Shown here: one piece after another, positions 1-9,199 of the stretch
How positions within the stretch are numbered: position 1 is the first letter of the stretch
How the letters are laid out: each line of letters starts with the position of its first letter
Source of the DNA: Octopus sinensis
Lineage: Eukaryota
DNA length: 20,597 nucleotides
Assembly: GCF_006345805.1 (NCBI RefSeq)
Contig: NW_021823904.1
Location: 1 to 20,597 of the forward strand
Reading direction: 5' to 3'
Position numbers and translations under genes: made by a program
The notes under the pieces: generated by a model
Told to the model about the DNA's origin: nothing
Database searches by the model: none
What the model saw: only the letters and a program-made list of their open reading frames with translations

Positions 1-200
1 TCCTGGTTTCCATTGTGTGTGTATTCTCCATCTAGACGGGACGCCAGTCCATGGCAGGGTTAATAATTTTTTGCCGGCTGAGCGGACTGGAGCACCGTGA
101 AATGAAGTGTTTTGCTCATGAACAAAATGCATCACCTTGTCCAGGAATCGAAACCGCAACCTTCCGATCATCAATCCAACACCCTAACCACTAAGCTAGC
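1..200 (-). mobile_element. tRNA-headed SINE family B, partial copy
   Basis: Reverse complement gives an A-box head (gcttagtggttagggtgttgga), B-box GGTTTCGATTCC and body acacttcatttcacg..ctccagtcc.ctcagc. Matches copies at 1690-1908, 9632-9778 and 20343-20540. Confidence 0.85.
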
Positions 201-490
201 GGCCACCAAACTACGGCCCGCGAGGTCAGTTCATCCGTCCCACCGCCGCTCTGTACCTTTTGTGTAAGTACTTGCATTTGCCTCTGCTATGACATCAGTG
301 TTTGGAACAACTTATGTCTGTGAGCAAACATTTTCAGTAATGAAGAATGTCCAAGTCAGCCCATCGAACGAGGTTGACTGATGAACCTTTGGAAGCAATT
401 CTCTTGGTCGGATGCAGCAATTCCAAAGCAAATATTGATGATATCTTAAAAGCTAAACACCAGTTTCACAAATCTCACCAACCTCTTTAA
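201..490 (+). mobile_element. Internally deleted hAT (Charlie/Buster/SPIN-like) DNA transposon remnant
   Basis: 201-225 (ggccaccaaactacggcccgcg) resembles hAT-Charlie 5' termini and sits only about 50 bp upstream of the transposase C-terminal fragment. Confidence 0.7.
271..490 (+). pseudogene. hAT transposase C-terminal dimerisation-domain fragment (GTF2IRD2/SPIN-like), frameshifted
   Basis: Manual translation: FASAMTSVFGTTYVCEQTFSVMKNV /+1 shift near 351/ KSAHRTRLTDEPLEAILLVGCSNSKANIDDILKAKHQFHKSHQPL*, stop at 488-490. Matches the family motif FGSTYxCEQxFSxMK..KS..R.RLTD..L..IL. Confidence 0.85.
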
Positions 491-597
491 ATTGCTTAGT
501 TTGTGAGATTCAGATATGTGCGCACTGGGTGTCATAGAACTTACCTTATTTGCTAACGTCGCCTTCTTTGATAACATTTTGATAAATAAACCTCTTG

Positions 598-945
598 GTT
601 AGTTAGTTAGTTAGTTAGTTAGTTAATTTGGCTCAAAAGCAAATAGCAAGGCCATGTAGGGGGACATGGAGTTAAGTACATGGTGGTGTTCATGTAAAGA
701 GTTCAGGCCACTTGAGGTCCAGGGAGGCTTTGAACAAAGCGGTCGTCGGCATCTTCACCATTTCGTCTGGCAGCTTGTTCCACGGATCCGTAACCCGGAC
801 GGAGAAAGCTCCTCTCCTTCGATTGAGATGAAATCGTCGCAAGTAGAGCTTTTCGGAATGACCCCGCAGCCGACGCTCTGGAGCAGGAGTGAAGAACAGC
901 TCTTTCGAGAGGTTACACTTTCCGCTTATGATGTTGTGGGCGAGA
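598..945 (-). mobile_element. 5'-truncated CR1/L2-clade LINE, 3' end with (TAAC)n tail
   Basis: Minus frame 944..690 reads LAHNIISGKCNLSKELFFTPAPERRLRGHSEKLYLRRFHLNRRRGAFSVRVTDPWNKLPDEMVKMPTTALFKASLDLKWPELFT*. This is the CR1 ORF2 C-terminal signature RGH..KL...R..FS.RV...WN.LP......FK..LD. A short 3'UTR and tetranucleotide tail follow at 598-625. Confidence 0.9.
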
Positions 946-1334
946 ATGATTGTCTTTATTTTATTGTGTATTCACTGTGTAGCATTGAACAAAATGGTTA
1001 TGGCAATGCATAGAATTTCAATTTGAATCACACCACTCAACAGAAGATTATTGCAGCGAATTAGACTGGACTGTTGACAATTAAGTGTATTGTTCGAGGA
1101 CACAGCGGACACTGAACTCTACCAGTCAATAGGAGAACTGTAGAGCACCAGGACTTTAATCAATGCGATGATGGGCTGAAGAATCTACCAGAAAGCGGAC
1201 CTCGAAAGGGGAAAGTAATAACGTCTCAATAACAATTTAAATCAAAACCTACATACACGCCATATTCATCGCTGTCTGTCTGTCTGTCTGTCTTTCTAAT
1301 ACACGCGCGCACCCCATCCCACATATATATTAGA

Positions 1335-1688
1335 AAGAAGAAGAAGAAGAAGAAGAAGAAGAGAAAAGAGAAGAAGAAGAGGAGAAGAAGAGAAGAAGAA
1401 GAAGAAAAGAAGGAGAAGAAGAAGAAGAAGAGAAGAAGAAGAAGAAAAGGAAGAAGAAGGAGAAGAAGAAGAAGGAGAAGAGAGAGGAGGAAGAAGAAAA
1501 GAGAAGAAGAAGACGACGAAGAGCGAAGACGAAGAAGAAGAGAAGAAGAAGAAGAAGAAGAAGACGAAGAAGAAGAAGAAGAAGAAGAAGAAGAAGAAGA
1601 AGAAGAAGAAGAAGAAGAAGAAGAAGAAGAAGAAGAAGAAGGAGAAGAAGAAGAAGAAGGAGAAGACGACGACGACGAAGAAGAAGAG
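1335..1688 (+). repeat. Imperfect (GAA)n purine tract
   Basis: About 350 bp of GAA with GGA/GAC interruptions. Source of the poly-S/poly-L ORFs. Confidence 0.98.
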
Positions 1689-1689
1689 T

Positions 1690-1908
1690 TTCCTTCTCGA
1701 GCCATGCCAGGGTCATAAGGGCCTCTCCACCTGAATGGGACGCCGGTCCGTCAAAGAATTACTCATTTTTGCCAGCTGAATGGACTGGTGCAACGTGAAA
1801 TGAAGTGCTTTGCTCAAGAACACAACGCATTGCCCGGTCCAGGAATCGAAACCACAATCTTACGATCATGAGTCCAACACCCCTAACCACTAAGCCACGC
1901 GCCTCCAC
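1690..1908 (-). mobile_element. SINE family B, near full length
   Basis: Reverse complement: GTGGAGGCGCGTGGCTTAGTGGTTAGGG...GGTTTCGATTCCTGG... ending ggcatggctcgagaagg. Confidence 0.9.
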
Positions 1909-1964
1909 ATATGTGTATATAGAGAGAATAAATTTTATATCATTTTAGAATATCCTAATCTATA

Positions 1965-2306
1965 ATGTATGTATGTATGTATGTATGTATGTATGTATGT
2001 ATGTATGTATGTATGTATGTATGCATGTATGTATGTATGTATGCATTCATGTATGTATGCATGTATGTATGTATGCATGTATGTATGTATGTATGTATGA
2101 ATGTATGTGTGTATGTATGTATGTATGTATGTATGTACGTACACATGTATGTATAGATATATGTATGTGTGTGTGTGTGTATGCATGTATGTATGTATGT
2201 ATGTATGTATGTATGTATGTATGTATATACGTATGTATGTACGCATGTATGTATGCATGTACGCATGTATGTATGTAATGTACATATGCATACATACATA
2301 CATACA

Positions 2307-2340
<34 letters not shown>

Positions 2341-2465
2341 CGTACATACGTATATACATACACATACATGCATACATATATACATACATGCGTGCATACA
2401 TACATACATTCATACATTGCATACATACATACATGTGTACATACATACATGCACGTACACATGTA
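1965..2465. repeat. Compound microsatellite: (TATG)n then (CATA)n, opposite orientations
   Basis: TATG block about 1965-2278 switches to its reverse complement CATA about 2287-2465. Confidence 0.97.
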
Positions 2466-3084
2466 TGTCATCGTCATCCTCATCATCTAACGCCCGTCCA
2501 TGTATGCTGTATGTACACACGTCTGTATGTCCATGGTTATGTGTGTACGTGTGCATGTGTATGTCTGTGTATATGTACATAAATATATGCCTGTGTGTAT
2601 GTATATACGTGTGTGTGTGCGTGTTAACAACGAAATGCCTCAACAACCATTTTGAGAAGCGGTGAGTGAAAATCATTATCTTCCATTAATTATCATTTTC
2701 TAATTAAAAATACTTCAATGTTTAAGACTGTAGTCAATAACAGAACCGAGTAAATGGTAGAGGCGGGGAAGTTAAGTTGAGGTGATGGTTTCATTTCCTG
2801 TATGAAGTGATTTCACATCACTCTTTTCCAACTACATACAGGATAAAAGCAAACCTATCACACATTACATGCCACTAAAGTAGTGAGTTTAGTCGTGATT
2901 CTACGTGTTGTTACTTAATTAAGCAGTAGTACAGATTAATTAGAGATATATCTAATTAATTATTAACCCCAAGACAACGGTTTTTTTTTTACGAGGCAAC
3001 AGAGTTGCACTGACGGTAATTATCTCGACCGAGATCAGTATTTAGCGCACGACAACGGTTCGGCGTATATTTATGTCAACCGCT

Positions 3085-3313
3085 TTAACCCTTTAGTGTT
3101 TAAACTGGCCAAATCCGGCCCAATATATTCTACATGTTTTATATTCAAACTGGCAATATCTAGCTTCTCACACCTAACCTACAATGCCATTCTAAAAATA
3201 AATAATCACGTCATTGAAACTTCAAAGCGGTAAGATAATCCAGGATTAATCCAAAACAATTTGAGTGAAAAAGTATTACATTTAACAGAGTAATCTGAAC
3301 ACTAAAGGGTTAA
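3085..3313. mobile_element. piggyBac-type MITE (221 bp) with TTAA target-site duplication
   Basis: TTAA (3085-3088), CCCTTTAGTGTT (3089-3100) ... AACACTAAAGGG (3298-3309), TTAA (3310-3313). Perfect 12-bp TIRs with CCC/GGG termini and no coding capacity. Confidence 0.9.
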
Positions 3314-3844
3314 AGCATGCACTGTTTATTTATGCAAACTTTCATCACAGCGAGGACCCTAAATTCAACGAAACTGGCGTAGCTGGATGCGACTGTAAAT
3401 TCCGTGAAGAGCCAGAAGAATTTGATAGGAAGTCATAGAGGAAATGATGGTGTAACCGCCAGATCTGCTGCTTTTATGCTATCGTCCTATCATGGTGACG
3501 AAGTCTCTGAGTTGGAAATATTTCCATGAAGAGCCTAACGAACCTATCAGATTCCTTGAAATTTGCACGGTGGCCTCTATTATCGATGCCGTGAGTGATG
3601 GCGGATATTTATATCAGCCGGTGCACAAACAGATACAAATCCACAGAAGATAGAGCTGTGTGTATTTTCGTCTTCTCATTTCAAAGCGAGTACAACAGCG
3701 TACGTAAACTGACGTCAACCAATGGTTACGAGATTAATTGCTGGTAGGGGATGCAGTATTTCGTTTTGGCAACCCTAATATGCTACCGAGTGTATTAAAG
3801 GTTTACAAGTCAATATTGGGCCTTACTTACATACTTGCATACAT

Positions 3845-4150
3845 GTGGAGGCGCAATGGCCCAGTGGTTAGGGCAGCGGACTCGCGGTCCGAGGATCGCG
3901 GTTTCGATTCCCAGACCAGGCATTGTGAGTGTTTATTGAGCGAAAACACCTAAAGCTCCACGAGACTCCGGCAGGGGGTGGTGGTGATCCATGCTGTACT
4001 CTTTCGCCACAACTTTTTCTCACTCTTTCTTCTGTTGGCCTGCTAGCTTAGCCAGCGGGGTGGCGTCGTTTGAAGGCTAAAACAATGCGAAGCGCATTGT
4101 GACCAGCGATGTGTAGCAACATCTGATAGCCTGGTCGGTCACAGTGATCA
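3845..4150 (+). mobile_element. tRNA-headed SINE family A, tail type 1
   Basis: A-box TGGCCCAGTGG, B-box GGTTTCGATTCC, body gagcgaaaacacctaaagctccacgag.ctccggcag, ending gtcacagtgatca. Confidence 0.9.
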
Positions 4151-4173
4151 TAGTGATATATGCATATATGTAA

Positions 4174-4380
4174 GCGAGCTGGCAGAATCGTTAGCACGCC
4201 GGGCAAAGTGCTTCACGGTATTTCGTCTGTCTCTACGTTCTCAGTTCAAATACCGCCGAAGTCAACTTTACCTTTTATCCTTTCGGGGTCGATAAATTAA
4301 GTACCAGTTGCATACTGGGGTCAATATAATCGACTGGCTCCCCTCCCCACAAATTCGGGCCTTGTGCTTAGAGTAGAAAA
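4174..4380 (+). mobile_element. SINE family D
   Basis: gcgagctggcagaatcgttagc...gttcaaat...cctttcggggtcgat..gtaccagt..actgggg. Homologous to 10291, 18197, 18584 and 19935. Confidence 0.88.
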
Positions 4381-4451
4381 CATACACACACACACACACA
4401 TATATATATCTGTATATATATAGATATATATACACATACATACACACATAA

Positions 4452-4508
4452 ACGACGGGTTTCTTTCAGTTTCTGTCTACCAAATCCACTGACAAGGCTT
4501 TGGTCGGC
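4452..4508 (-). mobile_element. SINE family C head fragment
   Basis: Reverse complement of gccgacc..gccttgtgagtggatttggtagacggaaactgaaagaagcc.gtcgt (4685-4741). Confidence 0.85.
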
Positions 4509-4577
4509 TGAACTTTCAGCGTTTGTACTGAATTCTAAAGGAAAATCTGTAGAGACAAAAAAAAAAGTAGGAAAAAA

Positions 4578-4742
4578 GGCGCAGGAGTGGCTGTGTGGTA
4601 AGTAGCTTGCTAACCAACCACATGGTTCCGGGTTCAGTCCCACTGCGTGGCATCTTGGGGAAGTGTCTTCTGCTATAGCCCCGGGCCGACCAATGCCTTG
4701 TGAGTGGATTTGGTAGACGGAAACTGAAAGAAGCCTGTCGTA

Positions 4743-4797
<55 letters not shown>

Positions 4798-5011
4798 TTG
4801 TGTGTCTGTGTTTGTCCCCTAGCATTGCTTGACAACCGATGCTGGTGTGTTTACGTCCCCGTCACTTAGCGGTTCGGCAAAAGAGACCGATAGAATAAGT
4901 ACTGGGCTTACAAAGAATAAGTCCCGGAGTCGAGTTGCTCGACTGAAGGCGGTGCTCCAGCATGGCCGCGGTCAAATGACTGAAACAAGTAAAAGATAAA
5001 AGAAAGATAAA
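4578..5011 (+). mobile_element. SINE family C, full length with internal microsatellite
   Basis: Head ggcgcaggagtggctgtgtggtaag...ccgggttcagtccc, internal (TA)n(TG)n at 4741-4812, 3' part ending gtcaaatgactgaaacaagtaaaaga. Highly similar to 15983 and 18958. Confidence 0.92.
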
Positions 5012-5298
5012 GCGAAATTTTAATTAAGATAAATTAACAGCAGAGTTAGTTAAATAAATGATTAATTATTTAGATTAGGAAAACGGAATGTAAATTAAGT
5101 GTTGTTGATGAGAAATATTCTCACTGGAGGACACGTGTGTGTGGGCATGTATGTAGATTAGTATGTGTGTATGCATATAAGAATATATGTATTTATGTAT
5201 ATATACACATGTGTATGTGAGAGTATATTTTAATATATGGTGGACAAGCTACGATGCTTGTATTTAGGACTGCGAGAGTATAACAGGTTAAATCTGCA

Positions 5299-5919
5299 GT
5301 AGTAGTAGTAGAAGAAGAAGAAGAAGAAGAAGGAGGAGAAGGAGGAGGAGGAGGAGAAGAAGAAGGAGGAGGATAAGAAGAAGGAGGAGGAGAAGAAGAA
5401 GAAGAAGAAGAAGAAGAAGAAGAAGAAGAAGAAGAAGAAGAAGGAGGAGGAGAAGGAGGAGAAGGAGGAGGAGGAGGAGAAGAAGAAGGAGAAGAAGAAG
5501 AAGGAGAAGAAGAAGAAGGAGGAGGAGGAGAAGGAGGAGGAGGAGGAGAAGAAGAAGAAGAAGAAGGAGAAGTAGAAGAAGAAGAAGAAGAAGAAGGAGA
5601 AGAAGAAGGAGGAGGAGAAAAAGAAGAAGAAGAAGGAGGAGGAGGAGGAGGAGGAGGAGAAGAAGGAGAAGAAGAAAGAGGAGGAGGAGAAGAAGAAGAA
5701 GGAGGAGGTGGAGGAAGAGAAGGAGAAGGAGGAGCAGGAGAAGAAGAAGGAGGAGGAGAGGAAGAGAAGGAGGAGGAGGAAGAGAAGGAGGAGGAGAAGG
5801 AGGAGCAGGAGAAGAAGGAGGAGAAGGAGAAGAAGATGAAGAAGAAGAAGAAGAAGAAGGAGGAGGAGGAGGAGGAGGAGGAGGAGGAGAAGAAGGAAAA
5901 GAAGAAGAAGAAGAAGAAG

Positions 5920-5950
<31 letters not shown>

Positions 5951-5964
5951 GGAAGAAGAAGAAG
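5299..5964 (+). repeat. (GAA/GGA)n mixed purine tract, about 660 bp
   Basis: Almost pyrimidine-free on the + strand; begins with (GTA)4. Confidence 0.98.
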
Positions 5965-6268
5965 TGTCTAACTGGACAAATTACCAGACATGTAAACAGC
6001 TGAATTTGTGAAGTAATCTGTTTCCCGGATTCTTAGTCAGGAATCGAAATTTTAGCCTAGATTTTTTTTCTTTAAATTCCTTTATATTGTTGTCGGCATC
6101 ACCACTTAGAAATGTATGAAATTTAAACTATCATATTTAGATAAGAATGAATGTTTTCCGGGAAATCTTAGGTTAAATTCAGTTCAACGCAAATAATCTA
6201 TTCATTTTAAAAAAAATTTTTCTCCACCTTGCATCCAACTTCCCAACATGTACAAATTCTTCTTTGTT

Positions 6269-6553
6269 CCTTCTCGAGCCATGCCCGGCCAATAAGGGCC
6301 GGTTTCCAGGTTTCCTTGGCGTATAGGTTCCCCACCTGGACGGGACGCCGATCCGTTGCAGGTGAGCTGCAAGATGCAGGAGGAAAGAGTGAGAGAAAGT
6401 TGTGGCGAAAGAGTCGGCAGAAGTTCGACATTACCTTCTGCCGGAGCCGCGTGGAGCTTAGCTGTTTCGCTCATAAACACACACATCGCCCGGTCTGAGA
6501 TTCGAACCCGCGATCCCTCGACCGCGAGTCCGCTGCTCTAACCACTAGGCCAT
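6269..6553 (-). mobile_element. SINE family A head and body with tail type 2 (the family B tail)
   Basis: Reverse complement: tggcctagtggttagagcagcggactcgcggtc...ggttcgaatc...actctttcgccacaactttctctcactcttt, then ggcgtcccgtccaggtggggaac...ggcatggctcgagaagg. Confidence 0.88.
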
Positions 6554-6690
6554 GGCCCTATTCTAGCCACTAGTTCTGCTTCGTCATCATGCTCATGTAT
6601 ATGTGACTGGGCACTGAATCACGCACAAGCCCACCTAACGTAGTAGTGAGTGAGGTCTTAGATCTACGCCCAACACATTCCGACTAATTT

Positions 6691-6709
6691 GGGGGTGGGG
6701 TGGGGTGGG
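6691..6709 (+). other. Canonical G-quadruplex motif G5TG4TG4TG3
   Basis: gggggtggggtggggtggg: four G-runs of 3 or more with 1-nt loops. Confidence 0.7.
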
Positions 6710-7539
6710 ACAAATTGTACCTTTAATTAAATTAAAATCTAGGTAGACGTGTAGTGATTTGATTTTAGCATCAATTCCTGGCGGAGGAAGACAAAACTAA
6801 ACACTTCAGTTCCGCTTGCCTGTGACTCTACATCCCCCTCTCTCTCTCTATCCCTCTCTTTTTTCTCTTTCTTTCTTTCTCTCTCTCGCTCACACAGACA
6901 CACACACACACACACACCACAACCGTCAATAGATTTGTAATTAATAAAATTTTTAGGCTTCTTGAATCTTGAAGTAATTTTTTGACACGTCTGGGTTTCT
7001 AAACTAAAACGTCATCATTAACCATTTGTTTATAATTAAACTGGTTTAGTTTACATATTAAATGTCTTAACTTAATTAGAAGAGGTATTTATGGGGTCAT
7101 GGAGCCTCGCAAGATTTTAGCTGAGGTATTTTTAAATTTCCTTTTCATTTCCTAACAATTTTTTGATATGTTTTAAGACTTCGGAGACGGAAGGGAAAAA
7201 AAATTAATTTACAATTTCTTTCAATTTCAATTTTAATTCATTTAATTCGACCACAAAATTTCAATTTACAAGTATAAACAGACAAGGCAGAAAATAAAGC
7301 GTCCATAGGCGACGGTCAGTGACAGAGGCTAAAATTGGTGTTATGGCGCCACGGGACCCCGTCTTGCTGTTTAATAAACTGAAACAAGACAACATCTATT
7401 GATTAAAGTCAATTGCTATATTTCGTTCGATTATTTCCAATATTTCATCAACAACAGAAGTAAAATGATGTTAGTTGAAAACAACAACAACAACAAAACG
7501 ACACTGCCGAGCCTCGTTTTCATTTACTTTTTAATTGCT

Positions 7540-7941
7540 AATCAATCGGAAGCTATTAAGAATATTCTTTCACTTGGAATTAATTTCCAAGATTTCTTTA
7601 ATTCCATTCCACTATTTTATTTTTTTTTCTTAAACGCTATTATTTCGAACAAAGAATTTTGAATAAGACCTGCCTTGAAGTAGTTCCGTCTCTCAAGTCC
7701 TCAGCCCCTCCCTCCAATAAACTCGATATATTAAATACCAGTCACGTACGGAGGGATTGGAATTCGATCGATTACACCAACACCTCACTTACCTGCAATT
7801 TGTGGCTCTTTGCCAACAGAAATCAATAACTAGCTATTTAGAAATATTATTTTGCTTTGAATTAATTTCGAAGATTTCTTTTAATTCCATTCTATTTATT
7901 GTGTTGTTTTAAATACTATTATTTTTTCAACAAAGAATTTT
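7540..7941 (+). repeat. Diverged local direct duplication of about 121 bp (7540-7660 and 7821-7941)
   Basis: Both read aatcaat..agctatt.ag(a)aatatt..tt...tt.gaattaattt(c)..agatttctt(t)taattccattc...ctattattt..aacaaagaatttt. Confidence 0.8.
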
Positions 7942-8116
7942 AATTAATGGTTACTTCTATTCTGTCTAATTAGGGAGGCAATATCATTAATTAGCGATTT
8001 ATAATTATTAAACGATTCTCTCTTCATAGTTCTGTTTTTATTGTTGCGATATATTTTATAGAAGTGATCACTTTTAGAAAAATAATTTCTTCCTTTTATA
8101 AACATTATTTTTACCG

Positions 8117-8450
8117 ATTCCATTTCGGCAGAAAAACACAATTTATTCTGGTCAGAAGATTTACTCAGGACATAAAAACAATATTTGTTCTGTTCAGAAA
8201 ACTAACAGTTTGCTCTAAACAGCAGACGGTAATTTATTGTGGTCAGGACAATGATGTCTATTGCCGGCAGAACAACATGTTCACCGGCTAGGACAATATT
8301 TACGCTGGACGAGAAGACCAATACTTTTACTGTGGTCAGAGGAATTAGATGTAAAGTCGTCAGAGGGACGAAAAGTATTGTGGACAGAGGAACGAGATAC
8401 AGTGTGGTGAGAGGAGCAAGGAGCCTAATGCTCTGGTCAGAGACACTCCA
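8117..8450. repeat. Degenerate 24-bp tandem array, about 13 units
   Basis: Core [G/C]GTCAG-like hexamers at exact 24-nt spacing (8334, 8358, 8382, 8406). Upstream units have consensus about ATTTATTGTGGTCAGAAGAACAAT, with a few indels. Confidence 0.8.
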
Positions 8451-8627
8451 GAACATAAAGAAAGGCTGACTTAGTTCCTCAGACAGAAGTACAGTCTATA
8501 GAATCTCTTTGAGTATATTCCTTGTGCCTATTTTGTCCGTAATATATGTAGTACGGCGCTTCATTGGATTCACCATCTCTCTCTTGCCGTAGATGTTATT
8601 TAATTCATGATCTTTTACATTATCCAA

Positions 8628-8778
8628 TTTACATTATTTACATTATTTACATTTGACGAATATTTGTCCTCGTCTTGTTTGTTGTTAACACAACGTTTCG
8701 GCTGATATACCCTCCAGCCTTCATCAGGTGTCTTGGGTTAGTAACCCGCACTCTTAACCAATACGCCATTATGCCCAC
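8628..8778 (-). mobile_element. SINE family E, internally deleted copy (head fused directly to hammerhead-bearing tail)
   Basis: Reverse complement: gggcataatggcgtattggttaagagtgcgggttactaaCCCAAGAcacctgatgaagg...caaatgtaaataatgtaaat. About 4 differences per 100 bp from 9068-9176. Confidence 0.88.
8687..8732 (-). ncRNA. Minimal type I hammerhead ribozyme motif (Penelope-associated type), stem I intact
   Basis: Minus-strand RNA: GACAC CUGAUGA A GGCUG gaggguauau CAGCC GAAAC GUU GUGUU. Contains the conserved core, a 5-bp stem II, palindromic AACGUU stem III and stem I GACAC/GUGUU. Confidence 0.72.
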
Positions 8779-8820
8779 GAGCATCTGGCGTAGTGGTTAC
8801 GAGCGCGGGCTACTAACCGC
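8779..8820 (+). mobile_element. Extra family E head fragment
   Basis: gagcatctggcgtagtggttacgagcgcgggctactaacc, lying in tandem before the full head at 8821. Confidence 0.75.
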
Positions 8821-8967
8821 GAGCATAGTGGCCTAGTGGTTAAGAGTGCGGGTTACTAACCCCAAGATTCCGAGTTCATTTCCAGGCAGTGACCTGAATA
8901 ATAATGATGATGATGATGATGATGATGATAATAATAATGACAACAACAACAACAACACAACAACAAC

Positions 8968-9025
<58 letters not shown>

Positions 9026-9199
9026 TCGAAAAAATACCTTAGGAATGAGAACCCAGGTTCAAAATTCCCCCAAGACACCTGATGAAGGCTGGAGGGTATA
9101 TCAGCCGAAACGTTGTATTAACAACAAACAAGATGAGGACAAATATCTGTCAAATGTAAATAATGTAAATAACGTACATAATTCCTCATCTCTTAAATA
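8819..9199 (+). mobile_element. SINE family E, full-length-like copy
   Basis: A-box TGGCCTAGTGG (8829-8839), B-box-like GAGTTCATTTCC (8872-8883), internal (AAT/GAT/CAA)n at about 8898-9023, hammerhead-bearing tail and (AATGTAAAT)n 3' repeats. Confidence 0.88.
9073..9118 (+). ncRNA. Minimal type I hammerhead ribozyme motif, one stem I mismatch
   Basis: GACAC(9073-77) CTGATGA(9078-84) A GGCTG(9086-90) loop CAGCC(9101-05) GAAAC GTT(9111-13) GTATT. Confidence 0.65.

Noticed and set aside
666-1013. 115-aa + strand ORF
   Set aside because: It is the antisense frame of the CR1 ORF2 C-terminus, which is encoded on the minus strand.
950-1230. Complex-looking segment upstream of the CR1 fragment, and similar ones at 3350-3660, 9980-10230, 11520-11750 and 19480-19630
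   Set aside because: All frames are interrupted by stops and no protein motif was recognised; possibly old transposon debris.
1226-2676. Long ORFs (poly-S/L, MYVC and HTYI repeats), and similar ORFs at 11003-13381, 14698-15448 and 16900-17929
   Set aside because: They are translations of stop-free microsatellites, with no codon or domain signal.
3710-3723. CRE palindrome TGACGTCA next to CCAAT
   Set aside because: A single 8-mer is expected by chance in 20 kb, and there is no TSS, CpG island or downstream gene evidence.
3845-3920. tRNA-like sequences here and at other SINE heads (1840-1908, 8821-8890, 9632-9700)
   Set aside because: They have A/B boxes but no complete acceptor stem and run directly into multi-copy SINE bodies, so they are not tRNA genes.
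4960-4995. AGTC-aaat-GACT-GAAAC-aa-GTA in family C tails, resembling the 3' half of a hammerhead
   Set aside because: There is no upstream CUGANGA core or stem I in any of the three copies.
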